A program made the translations under genes and the position numbers. From Bugula neritina (taxonomy: Eukaryota > Animalia > Bryozoa): a DNA stretch of 64,000 nucleotides. Location of the stretch: assembly GCA_964035545.1 (NCBI GenBank), contig OZ037768.1, forward strand, positions 4,186,741 to 4,250,740, in the 5' to 3' direction. Below, piece by piece: positions 36,300 to 49,200 of this stretch. Under the pieces are notes generated by a model. It worked only from the letters and a program-made list of their open reading frames with translations. It was not told where the DNA came from and ran no database searches. Each line of letters opens with the position of its first letter. The first letter of the stretch is position 1.

Positions 36300-38038
36300 A
36301 TGGCTTCAGGAGACAGCGCAGGTCTTGCTAGTCAGTTTACAGCCTTCTGCAACTTTGGCGGAGCTTCTGGCAAGACTACTTTGACCACAAAAAACTGCAC
36401 CAAGTTGTTCAAAGACTGCAAACTGTATGGCAAAAATTTGACTACTACAGATACAGACATTGCATTTTCTAAGGTGAAAACAAAAGGAAAAACGTAAGTA
36501 AAAAAAATATAGCTTGGCATGAATATATTATGTTAGCACCAAAAGCTTATAACAGCTTCAAAATTTGATAAGCTAGTGCTTTCAGATATTATCATCATGA
36601 TGTGCAACAATGTGCATACCATATAGTCAATAACCAATATCCTTTTCAAACTAGCATGAATGCAGCACTGAGAAATAATTCACCATAATTTTCATAATAA
36701 CTAAAGTTTACACAGCAATAAAGCTATTATATGTAATATGCCTATAGGCATTTCTTTAGGTTTTATAAACAATAATATTCAATAAACTTGCAAATATTTA
36801 TGCCTAAGTTAAATTGTTTTTTATCCAAATAAATTTGATTTTTCTGTCCGTAGGGAGATAAGTCTTGATGAGTTCAAGCAACTGCTAAAAGAGGTGGCAC
36901 CCAAGTATAAGAAAGATAAAAAGAAAGAAAGTGATGAGGCAGCAGTTGCTGACATGACAGAGATGATCTGTAAACATGGACCATCCACTGCTGGCACCAC
37001 AGTAAGTGCTCTGCCTATTCTTAAAATCTTATCTTAATTTCATCTTCTCTTTCTCCTATGCTCTTCATTGAAAGACTCTTTAAAATAGTGAGCATGTAAG
37101 AAAGGGTCAGTAAGGTATGCACCCACCTTTTGAGTAGGATTTCAAGCTAGGTTCAACTATAGATTGGTTGAATACACCAGCATTCAGCTAGGTAACAATC
37201 AATAAAATATTTATAAGGACTGATCATTCTGAAAGATTATCAGAAATATTCCTGTAGTTCTAGCTAATAGTCATATCAAACTACAAAGTAGCTACAATGT
37301 TTAGTGTGTGGTCACAATGTTGAGGTGGACAAAGATGTGGGCCAGGGTATACAAAGTGCACTTTTATTTGCAGAGTTGACTCTACTGCTAGTGATTTACA
37401 TGAAACTAATTAAAATTAATTTGCATATGTTAGTTGCTGGTGTCTTAGCAACACGTAAACAACAATTTATACTAAATCTCGAGTGGTTTGAGATAAGATA
37501 GACCGCAGGCACCTCTATGTTATGCAAGTTCAATAGCATTCCAAGTGTGGCTGGCTATACTATTATATAGGCATTGTATTTACAGTTAATAACAGCCTGT
37601 GGACAGTATATGATACTTAATTTACTGGACAATTCCAGCTTTAAAACACAATCATTACGATAATATTGATGTTGCTCCTAGAAAGAAAACATAACCTACT
37701 TGTAGCTATTGAGCAATTAATAAATTCACTAAAGAAAACATATTGCATCTTTCACTATTAAAATATTGCAAATATTTAAAAAATATCAACAGCTGTTGCG
37801 TTATAACAAAATAATGATGGTGGCACGCATTTGAATACGATATTTGGTGCTTTAGGGGACTAGTAAGACAGGGGGCGTGGCCAAGATGACGGACGCCTCT
37901 CAGTACACAGGGGCCCACAAGGAGAGGTTTGATGCCAGTGGCAAGGGTAAAGGTATAGAAGGGAGAGAGGAGAGGGCAGACAACTCTGGATATGTTGGAG
38001 CTTACAAGGGAGCAGAAACCTATGATAAAAGCCATTAA
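36300..38038 (+). CDS. TPPP: Tubulin polymerization-promoting protein (TPPP/p25-alpha family), full length, 3 coding exons
   Basis: Exons 36300-36493, 36854-37001, 37856-38038. KLFKDCKL...[34 protein letters not shown] (GxGxGxxGR) and SGYVGAYKG. Probable 5' UTR exon ending at 36128. Confidence 0.93.
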
Positions 38039-39559
38039 GGACCACAGCTGTTCACAGTCATAAAAACAAGCAATTTTAATGAACAAATATATATAATACG
38101 TGTTTTACATCATGTTGTTTGTTAGTATTAGCCTATGTTCTATTTCTGTAGCTAGTTTCGGTTTATATGTAATAGGGATGGCATTGATGTAGTGACAGTA
38201 TATCTGCTTGAACTAGCAGCTAAAACTGAAGCTACATCAAAACTCTCTATTCTGCTCAACATTAATCAGTGAATTATAGAAAAGCTACCAATTCAGAAAC
38301 ATGTTTGTTTCAGTCCTGTATGTTTATTATTTTATATAGTTTGCTTGAGAAATAACTCAGTGGATCAACACTTAGAGAAGCATATTATTTTCAGTTAGAC
38401 AATAAAAATGTAGAATAAACATGCTGACTAAAGAAAGTAATCACAGCACAGAGCAGGTTCAGCTGCAGGTCATCGGTACAAAACAAGTTCCAAAAATAAT
38501 TGCATTGGCTATCAATAACCACCAGAGATATCCTGTACACATTCATGGTATTTGTATAGACCAAATCACACAATTGTTGTAAAGCATTGAGGCAGTTGTT
38601 GAACACAGCTATAGATGAATAAAGGTGATTAGACATGCAATCAATATTTGCAATAACTGATATTTAAGTACTTATTTAAGCTATTGCCTTCTATTACGAC
38701 TAAATCAAATAAGAGTTCAAATAACACAATGAAACCTAACTAAAACACACCCACTTGTGTTGAAGCTTTAAGTTTGAAGTTATTCTGTATAGCAGCTCAA
38801 AGTACACTTGCACTTGTAGCAGTGGATTGAAATGTCATTCCAAACACTTGAGGACCCAGGGTATGGTAGTTGCAGTGGTATTATATGTACACATGTAGGT
38901 CCCTTTTTAACTTGGCTCATTTATTTTTATGTGTTTAAATAAACTTCAACGGAGATCAGAAGCCTTTAGCTGTTTTAAAACCCCACAGTGAAGCTTATGA
39001 GAAACAAAACTTCTAAGCAATTTAGCTAAATCAACTGATACACTAGTTTCCATAGATGGTAATTTGTGTCTGACATAAACAAATAACAATACAGTTGTTG
39101 TTGGATGAAACACTGACTTAGAGTAAAACTTAGTAAATTGTAATTGAAATTTAAATTTGTAAAGAAATACAGCATTATTCTAGTGAGACATTCTGCTAGA
39201 CATATCTCTGGGCAATTGAAGGCAGCACAATAACATACATTTATTATTTATATTATGGGACATTTTTTAAATTGACTTTTTCCTTGATGAAATCATAGAT
39301 GAATAACATATTAACAGCTGTTTTCAAATTTGCAAAACAGAAAATTCTATAAGCCATCCCTACTTTATAATATATTCTATACCAGCAACTGTACACCATG
39401 GCAGTTCATGTAAATCAGGATCTTATAAGATTTAAGTATATAGATGTGCATGCAGGGAACTGTGCACTGGAGCAAATACTGTGGGTGGGAGAGGCTGATA
39501 CATAGTGCCATTGTCGACGTCACACAACCTCTACTGGTATAGTAAGTATAGTGTTATGG

Positions 39560-39980
39560 GTACAGTGTAACAGTGTGGTGTACTGTACACAATACAGTGT
39601 AACAATGTGGTGTACAGTACACAATACTGTGTAACAGTGTAGTATACATGACACAATACAGTGTAACAGTGTGGTGTACAGTGCACAATACAATGTAACA
39701 GTGTGGTGTACAGTACACAATACAGTTAACAGTGTGGTGTACAGCACACAATACAGTGTAACAGTGTGGTGTACAGTGCACAATACAGTGTAACAGTGTG
39801 GTGTACAGTGCACAATACAGTGTAACAGTGTAGTATACAGTACACAATACAGTGTAACAGTGTGGTGTACAGTGCACAATACAGTGTAACAGTGTAGTAT
39901 ACAGTGCACAATACAATGTAACAGTGTAGTGTACAGTGCATAATACAGTGTAACAATGTAGTGTACAGTACACAATACAA
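39560..39980. repeat. 32-bp minisatellite (ACAGTGTAACAGTGTGGTGTACAGTGCACAAT), about 13 copies
   Basis: Visible tandem units between the two TPPP genes. Confidence 0.95.
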
Positions 39981-40335
39981 ATCAAAACTCGAAAATCCAC
40001 AATTCCTTCTATAATAAATTTTATTTTCAATCAACAATTTAAATCGTGAAAGTAAGTATCAGAAATACAAACGTTATTAAAGTTTACTAAAGTTTATTTT
40101 GCACTTAGTCATGTTGAAAGTCATCAACAACTATATAAATATTTTACTTCATGCTAGGAAATAGTTCTCGCCATCCTTTACAGACAGTGACCTAAATTTA
40201 CCATCACATTTAAACTGGAGTAAAGTAGTGTCAAGGGAGATTATTTAAGGCTTGAGTGAGGGGGTCAACTACCCGTGACCAATTACTTTACTAGTATATT
40301 GCTTTCTTATTGACACTTTTGCAGAATCATACAAT

Positions 40336-41824
40336 ATGGCTGGTACTAATCAACTAGAAGCAGTATTTAAATCCTTCTGCAGCTTTGGAGTAGGGAAAGA
40401 AGAGGAGGCATTATTGGAGCCTGCAAAATGCAGCAAACTTTTCAGAGATCTTAAGCTATATGGAAAGAGTCTGACTGAAACCGACGTTGACATTGCCTTT
40501 AATAAGGTGAAAGCAAAGACAGAGAGGTAAAGATTCACTGTACAGTAAGACTGAAAGCATCTTTTATGGTTCTTTTAAAACACCATAAAATCCTTACTTT
40601 TGAGTCACCATATTGAATAGGACCAAAATTCAAAAATGGAAACTTTTGAATAACTTGAACATACAACATTTGTATAAGTACCAGTGGACCAGTAAAAATG
40701 TGTGAGCAAGCGAGATTGAAACTCAAAATGTTCCAAATTAATCCCTGGTTTGTCATACTAAATACCTGTCACCAAATTCAATGCTGATTTCTAAGTTTTG
40801 CTATTATTATTACAAGAAGCTTTTTCTACACATACAAACTTCTTATGGATTTAGAAAACAAGGGTTTATTTACAATTCACAGCTTACTGAAATAACAACT
40901 ATGCAGCAGTAGCAAAATTTTACCAGCCACTGAAACACAACTTAGTTTAAAATGAATAAGAAGCACAATCAAATTCCACCCTTAATGAATAGTAGCTCAG
41001 CTGAACCAGTCCTAATAAACGCTGAAGCAAGTTGTGCACAGTTAAATTATCAACGATTCTTTGCTATCCCTGTCAGAACCTCTGATGGAAAGAGGTTTTT
41101 AAAGTGGGCTATGAAGTTATTCATATGCAACATAAGAACAATTATGACTGGATGCCATCCCTAACATTACGAGTGTTAGGACTCAAACCTCCTGTTCCAG
41201 CCAACGTTCTAACCACTCCACCACATCTGCTCCCCAGTTTAATTACTGTTATGATATGTAGTAAATAAATAAGGTTTAAGGATAAGTATAAACGCTGTAT
41301 TATTTTATTTCTTAGAAAAATAAACTTTAAGCAATTTCAAGAATTACTAAAACTTGTGGCAGAGAAATACAAGAGTGACAAACGCTTAGATGATGGTGTT
41401 GATGCGTTACAGGCTTTGATTGAAGATATATCTTCCAGAAAAACTCCAGCTCAGGTGATGTTAGCAAGTTATATGACTTTACTTTTGAAATACAGAACAT
41501 GCTGTAACACATTCTAATCATATAATAATGTATACAAGCTGAAGATTTTCATTGGCATCAGGTTTGTATTGAAAAGACAACTCCACTATAAACTAATCCA
41601 GTAAATGAAAGAGGGACAACTTCCTTAACAGCATCCGCAACTTATAATTAAATTGAGGCAAAAATACATTCAATACAGTGTTAAAACGAAACTGGAAACT
41701 CCTCTTGTTTTCATATGAAATTATCTGTTTCCAGACTCCTGGTGCATCTGCAAGCACAGACCGAGTGGTTGGGACGTCCAAATACACAGGTATGGCTGGT
41801 GGAGCTGATATAGATGAAAAATAA
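40336..41824 (+). CDS. TPPP: Second TPPP/p25-alpha paralog, C-terminally degenerate or truncated
   Basis: Exons 40336-40526, 41316-41454, 41735-41824, with the same intron phases as the neighbour. KLFRDLKLYGKSLTETDVDIAFNKVK, KINFKQFQELL and TSKYTG are present. HKERF/GxGxGxxGR is absent, and a TAA precedes an in-frame GYVG. Confidence 0.8.
41055..41235 (-). mobile_element. tRNA-derived SINE, degenerate copy (intron of TPPP paralog 2)
   Basis: Reverse complement GGGGAGCAGATGTGGTGGAGTGGTTAGA...GGTTTGAGTCC...ATCCAGTCATAATTG...TTTCCATCAG...ACAGGGAT shares collinear blocks with 51550-51745. Confidence 0.7.
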
Positions 41825-41979
41825 AGTTATGGTTATGTAGGAATTTATGGTACCAAGTAGTCTAGTTTGTTGGGAAAGACTAGGTAAAATAAGCATATGC
41901 TATATCTGAATGATATGTTAAGATACTAGAGCAATAGTGGTGTAAAACATTATCATTTTATTATGATTATTATGACAAT

Positions 41980-42075
41980 TACCACCAACACTACTACTAC
42001 TAGTACTACTTTCAGTACCACTACAACTGCTAGTACTACCACTACCACTACTACTACTTATCCTACTACTACTAT
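41980..42075. repeat. Imperfect (CTA)n microsatellite
   Basis: Visible trinucleotide run. Confidence 0.8.
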
Positions 42076-43203
42076 CACAACCTTTAGTCACACATGCAAT
42101 ACCAATCGAAACTTGTGTCGAGTTGTTTTCTCTTTACAATGAATGGAATAAAAAATATGAAAGCTTCCAACTTGTAAAACAAAATGCAATATTTGCTGTG
42201 TTTTAGTTACCAGCTGATGGAATCCCAGTGAATAGTGATCTCTTGTGGAGATCTACACCTTTCACACTAATCACATTAAACCTAGGAAGTATAATAAGAC
42301 TGTTTTTTCAACACTTTATAGCCCTGATGTTATGATAGAAAATATGATACATAGAATTGTTACTTCTATTAAACCAATATCAACAAATCAAAGCTATATT
42401 GATGCAATCAGTATTCTTCACGGAATTTTTTATAGAGAATTATGAATATATAATATCTATCATAATAGATACATGTATAGATTCGCACAACTAAAAGCTT
42501 GCAATACCTACAGCCCCCCCCCCCCCCGGGACAATGGAAAAATGATGTAGTGGAGACATCCAGCATATGAGAAATACAGAATATGCGATGTAGTCCATAT
42601 AGCTCTGGAGATGTTGATGAAAAAAGTTAATTTGTTTTAATTAAAAAGATAAACTTGGCATATATAATGAAACATACAAATATAGGATTATTTATTTTAA
42701 TGGTACTTTGCAATTGCTACTAAATACAGCAGTGTTGCAGCATCCTGTAAATTTTAGTAACACATTTGCTGGGCCCTGTATAATGGCAAATCGTTACGTT
42801 ATAAGTGAATTGTAGGAGTGTCAATCAATCAATCAATAAGTAAATCAATAAATCATGCTCTAGGGGCTAAAATCTCTCCAAGTTTTAGCCAGCCTTATTT
42901 ATTTCTTGTATATCATTCCAACTATTATAAAATTGCTGTCATATTTTTATAAAAAATAATATTGCAAAAAAGTGAGGATGAAAATATCAACTTATATGCA
43001 ATTTATCTTCTCTGCACACATCAACATACTTATAGCAGATACATTTGCACCAAGTTTAAACGTATTTAATTCAAAATTGAGTTGAATAGATATTACCCAT
43101 GCCAACAATATGACTCAATAGGTAACCTGACTGTAACAGTAAATAAATTATACAGTGTCAAGTGATATTATACGTCTTTCCATTTTACGGCTCACCCTAA
43201 AGA

Positions 43204-46200
43204 TCAACCTGTTAACATTATGTCATACAGTTTAACCTGGTGATCTTGCCCGCAGCTAGCCAACTGCACTACATTGTTGGTATGCCCTTCTGACACGTTG
43301 GATTTTGGTCTAAATATTAACTTCCTTACTGTTAAATGATGTGCCGCACTGTAAGAAATAGTAAAACATCATAGAAATACTTGAGCAATAAACTTACAGA
43401 AAACTAAGTTATAAGTATATGTATAAAATGCTGAAAAAACTACAAAGGAATGTTTTTGAAATAGTCTTCCTTAAAAGTTAAACTAGATTCAAATGGACAT
43501 TGGTGAAAGGGAGTATACAAGATATGGGAATTTCAATGTATGGGGAGCTACTATTGTATGAAAGAGCTGAAATAAAAATGCTCTAAAAATAAAACTATTT
43601 TACAATTCAATTAAAGCAATAGCATGTGATGACCAGGTTACAGTAGCACTACACAATAGAGTGTAAATGTCTGAAATGCAACTCTATTTTAATCCATCTA
43701 TTTACAGTCTATCAAAACCTTCACGTAAATTTTGCTCAACTTTTGTATTATTTTCAATAGTCTTTATAACTATGTTACATATATAGAGTTCAGATAACTC
43801 CAATTTAAATTATAATATGTACATAACATTGCAGTGTGTGAAAAGCTACGATAAGGTAAAATAATAGCTTGCATTACTAAACACATCTAACCATCTAGCT
43901 GTATAGAGACAAGCATGTAAACCTACTTTGTGTCTAACATGTGCAGTTGAGTCAAACCTTCAGACTTATTCCAGGAACAGAGAATTATCTCCCCATTCTC
44001 TAATCCAGCTGCCAGTAAATACCTACAGAATATATATAAAATGACAATCAGTATAAACCTATCATAAACACATGTACACCAATATTATTTTTATATAAAT
44101 GAGCAATTTTTCTATCAAATTAAAGTTCATAATAAAGTTAGAAGCAACCACACAGGCAGGTTGAGTTGCCGGTGTCTAGCCAGGTAGCAGGTGAATAAAA
44201 AGGGCCGTCAATGATTACCCCATTCAGATAAAACCTGGGTGTAACATGCAGACATGCATACAGTCCTACACACATCACTCACTCCTATAACTAAGTACAG
44301 TCTGCCAACACATTACCACACAACATACATTATACAGTTTACCAACTCTGCACGTGCAGTTTTTCAGGACTGCTTATAATTTGCATTTTTTGAACAACTA
44401 ATCAGACAATAGCAGAACATGTATGTTTATTGGTATTTGCTAGAGTAACCAAATTCAATGCATTGGGTTATAGAAATACTGAAATGGCTAATTGGTCACT
44501 CTTGGTGTAGAACCTAGAACATGTATATTATATAGTATGTACACACTACAGTAAGTATACTAGTACTGTATATACCCTATAGTATGTATACTAATACTGT
44601 ATATACCCTATAGTAAGTATACTAGTACTGTATATACCCTATAGCATGTACACTAGTACTGTATATACCCTATAGTAAGTATACTAGTACTGTATATACC
44701 CTATATTATGCTACTAGTACTGTATATACCCTATAGTAGGTACACTAGTACTGTATATACCCTATAGTATGCACACTAGTACTGTATAAGATAAATTACA
44801 AGACTAAGAACCTCATATTATCAAAGCCCAGGGTATAAGAAAACACCTGTGACCTGCACAAACCCTCATTTAACTTCCCCTGTAAAGGTTATTATGCAAG
44901 ACTGTAATCTGCTAAATGAGAGGATGGGATTATACAATACTCTAAATCCTACTTGTATTAACAGAACACAAATCTGCTGCGTTAATCTACCTATACAATA
45001 AGGAGATGCTAATCCCAGTTGGTGATTACCAAGGGTATTGTAACTATTCTCCCTTAGAGATTAAGGTGAAGGGCTATTATTAAGGTGAGTATTGCAGCCT
45101 GTGTGACGTAAGATGAATGAGTGATGGTCAGGATATTCCACACCTTCTCAAAGTGAGCTAATCGCTTCACCGTCATCATATTAGCAAATCATTGAGTAAA
45201 AAGTAGCAAATGTAATACTCTATACTTATATTAGTAAAAATATCTATTTTGTTTTAATTGAAATTGAGTTCTGGTGAATATTTGAAGCACAGAAGCTGCT
45301 TGCTCTCCATTTGGAACAACCCCAAACTAACAGTAAAAAAGCCTCAAGTAGAGTAAAACGTAGTACTTCTGCATATGGAGTTTCAACGGTCCTTCCACCA
45401 GTATTGAAAATATAAAGCATGTTGAAGCTTTAGTTCGGATAACATAAATATCAGTGGAAAGCTGCTCTCTCACCTCCCGGAAGAATCTAGAACATAAGAA
45501 ACACCGACAGCTGTGACTGACTGAGAGAATGTAGCCTGTGAACACGCTCCGTAACCATTGAGACCAGAGGGTTGGTCTCCACCACCCAAACTATCTTCAT
45601 TTCTACACCAGAAGATCACCTGAAATTATATTAAAATATAATGTAATTATAAAGTAGCATATCATTAAAATTAATGAAAAAATTATGAGTAACAGATGGG
45701 GTATTTGAACTCTGACAGGTTTTGGTGCAGGTATAGACTGCAAGAGTACAAGCCTTTTTATCCCTAGATGCCGTGAGAAAGAAAGCTTCATCAGGAGTCC
45801 AGCAGCAGGACCAGATGATTCTACTGTGAACAGCTGTCTTTTTGTCAGTTGCTGCCAGCTTATCGACAGCACCTGTAACATAGCATAGCATAGTGTAGAT
45901 TCTATATCAACAGCCAAAAATATGCTTTCAACAGGCAAAATAAAGGGAAATTTTAAATAATGAATGCCACTACATCCTGTCCAAGGAAAGCCTGTGGCCA
46001 AAAATTAGTTTCACAAACACCACAGACTATAACATAACTATATGCAAGTTTTCACTCTTGGATGCTCAGAATGATGGAGAACTTTAGGACTGCACAATCT
46101 CAACTAAGCTACGACTTTTTTGTAATAAGAAATTATTATAAAGTTATTTAAGGATAAAACTGTTAATTCATCATAACAAGCGATAATTTTCGATTTTTAC

Positions 46201-49200
46201 TTTTTAAAAACAACCTTGAAACATTATCAGATGGAATTTGGCAGAAATATATTATCGAGGAAATAAATATAACAACTGATAGGTTGACGATGATAAATGT
46301 AAGACAGACGTGTCTAAACAACAACACTTGGCATTAATTTTTCAACAAAAAAAATTAAAAAGAAGCAATTTCTTTTATTATTTTATATCAACATACATTG
46401 CAACACTGGAATGTTTCATAACGACATATGGCAGATTGAACACCTGTAAACACCGCGAAGTTATTATTTTAAGAACAGCTAATATGGTAGCTGGCCAAGA
46501 CAGCTTTGGTATATTTGAAAAAGAGGCTTTAATACTGTGAAATTAAAATATTATATTTGTTATAGAGAAGGAATCCTAGTTGTATTCCCAGAGAAGAGCT
46601 ATAATTCACTAGTTGATTGTGATGAATTACATGCCAGGGTAATTGTACCAGTTACTACAGAGACTACCGATCAACTAATTCTCTGAAACCATTTATGGTT
46701 TCACAAAGTACTTTAATAGCTCTGAAAGAAGAGGTTTTTTGGTAAAAGAAATGCTGGCTATAACTTATAAGCTGGTGTCAAAGAACCATGTGGTTAATTG
46801 GCAGTCTGCAGGCTATAAACTAAGTTACTGTTACAACAGAGAGCTGGCAACCTGGCTGAGACAGAATAGTGAAAATAAGCGGAAATGATAAATTGGAAAG
46901 CAGCATCCCACATTTGCAAAAAACCTCAATTCCTAGCTAAAATTAGCCACTAAAAAGGTAAACAGAAAGTTTTCTGCCACATCCTCTAAATTCTTCTATA
47001 ATTTTAAAATGCTGCAAGAAATTGGCGCTTGAAAAAAGAAGATACATTGTCAAATCAGAAGTCAACGTAGAATTGTATATCACACTCCTAACAGTCGCCG
47101 TTTCTAGTTGAATTTTCATTAAACATGAGAAATTATCTTCCTCAACACGAAGTCTTGACTTATTTAACTAGGACCAACCAATATAAACCATGAATTCAAG
47201 GCTTTGATACTAAACCATGAGGCTTCCAGACTATGTGTATTTTCATTGAAGCACAAGTAAATATTTTATTCTACTGTAAAGTGTAGGTTTGGGACAGAAT
47301 AAAAAAGAAGCAGACGTTCCAGCAAAACATGATACAGTTGTTGACACTAACTAAAGATGACGGAAGATGGCAGATTATAATATATGCACTTAATGTTCAG
47401 ATTAATAAAGATTAGTTAATTTTATAATAAGCCTAAGAAAGGAATACCCTCATCAATCTTATAAATGCCAATTATTGAAGAAAAAATAGTAGTTATCCCT
47501 CAACAGATTCACCAGCTAGTAACTTAAACCAGAGTTCTACTACTCTATATATTTTATTAGAAGTCATATTCAACTGATTTGAAACTGGAGCAGAGCTTTA
47601 AGTAAAGTATAAAAGTTTGTCTCTCAGATGAAAATCATCGATTGAAATCTTATTGTTGAAAAAATATAATCATGAAGCAATTCAATACAATTAGTAATTG
47701 TTTCTAAGATTTTCGGCAGTTAATCAGGCTTACTCAGGCCAAAACAGATCCAAGTTTAAGGGGGAAGGTGGGGGGGGGCAGTTAGCTAGCGTCAGAGAGG
47801 ATATTAACAAATGCACCAAGAGGGGGGGGGCAATGAACAGATAAGATGAGGTAAATTACAAACAGCAAGGTGATGGGATTAGCCTGCAGAAACCAAAGAG
47901 CTGCAAAGACAAAACAACAACTACCAGCAGTATAGTATAGAAACATAGAAGTTCCAAACATAGGTTAGTTAAGGCAGGTGTTACACATATATGAATCAGA
48001 TGTCATCATCTCCTTAAACAATTTCCAGGGTGGCAGGAGAGGGAGAGCAGGATGCTAGAGAAAGTATCACCAACAGTAAACCTTACAGGTGACTGATCAG
48101 CTACACAGTGTAAAGTTATTACCTACATTGCTCAATATAGCTTAACTACAATGTTGGGAACTAAAAACCATCATAATGCTACATTGAATGCATGTGAAAT
48201 CCACCCAAATGGAGCTAGATCCAGTCCCTGCAAATCTGACACTATAACTTAGAGATTCCTGTTGAACCAATGAAGACAAATGGCTAATTTACATATTAGC
48301 AGGGCGTAATGCTCCTACATTCAACCAACCTGCAAAATCATTAGCTAATAATAGACTACAAAGGGCAGAGGGATGGTGAGGGGTGAAACAGCACTAGATG
48401 GGAGGTAGATGTAGAGTTGTAACCGAGAATTTTTAGCATCTAACTGGCTTTTAACAGCAAAAAAAATTATTCACAAATATGAGGCACTTTAATAGACGAG
48501 TTGGAGCTAACTAACTGCCACTGGTTGCACATGCTCCGTTCATTCACTGACTGCACATGCTCACTCACCACTCGTGTAATCAAACTGATGGAGGGCCCAG
48601 GTTCTGTCTCTGGACACAGAGAGAAGTCTGTCTCCAGAAATGGGAGAGAACGCCATTTGGACAACCGTCAAGGAGTGACAGTACAAAGTGGCTATCTGCT
48701 GCCATGTCCTGGTGTCCCACAAGATGATTCCTGCATAGTCTGGTTTTGTGGCCTGCAAACGTTAGGGAAACATTATATCTAATGTCTAATGTTTGCTTTA
48801 CAGGGCTTTTTGAATAAGCCTCAGTTCTACGTCCTCTGTAGTGTTGCTACTTGGTATAACCTGAATCTAAGGTTATTCAGACACAAGGTCTGGTTGAATG
48901 GAGTATGAAGGCTAATAGCAGTAAATGACACCAACACAAGTGAAGTTTCGGTTTCCTACCTCTTCTTCTGAACCAAATTGAGCAGAGCAAATAAAACCTA
49001 ATAATCTCAAGTTCACTGCATGTTGCAAACAATTAGTAACGATAATTACTGGTGCAGAAGAAGATAAAATCTAGAAAGCATACTGTAGAAAAAGAGCTAG
49101 ACTATGCCTCTAGTTTGCTAATATGTGCTGCACCGTTACATTAAATTTATTTCTCAAGTGCCTTGACTATAATTACATAATAATAAGGATTAATCTGAAT

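Noticed and set aside
27499-40037. Long periodic ORFs (27499-28026, 30767-31027, 31584-32417, 34507-34986, 39520-40037)
   Set aside because: Translations of stop-free minisatellites, not genes.
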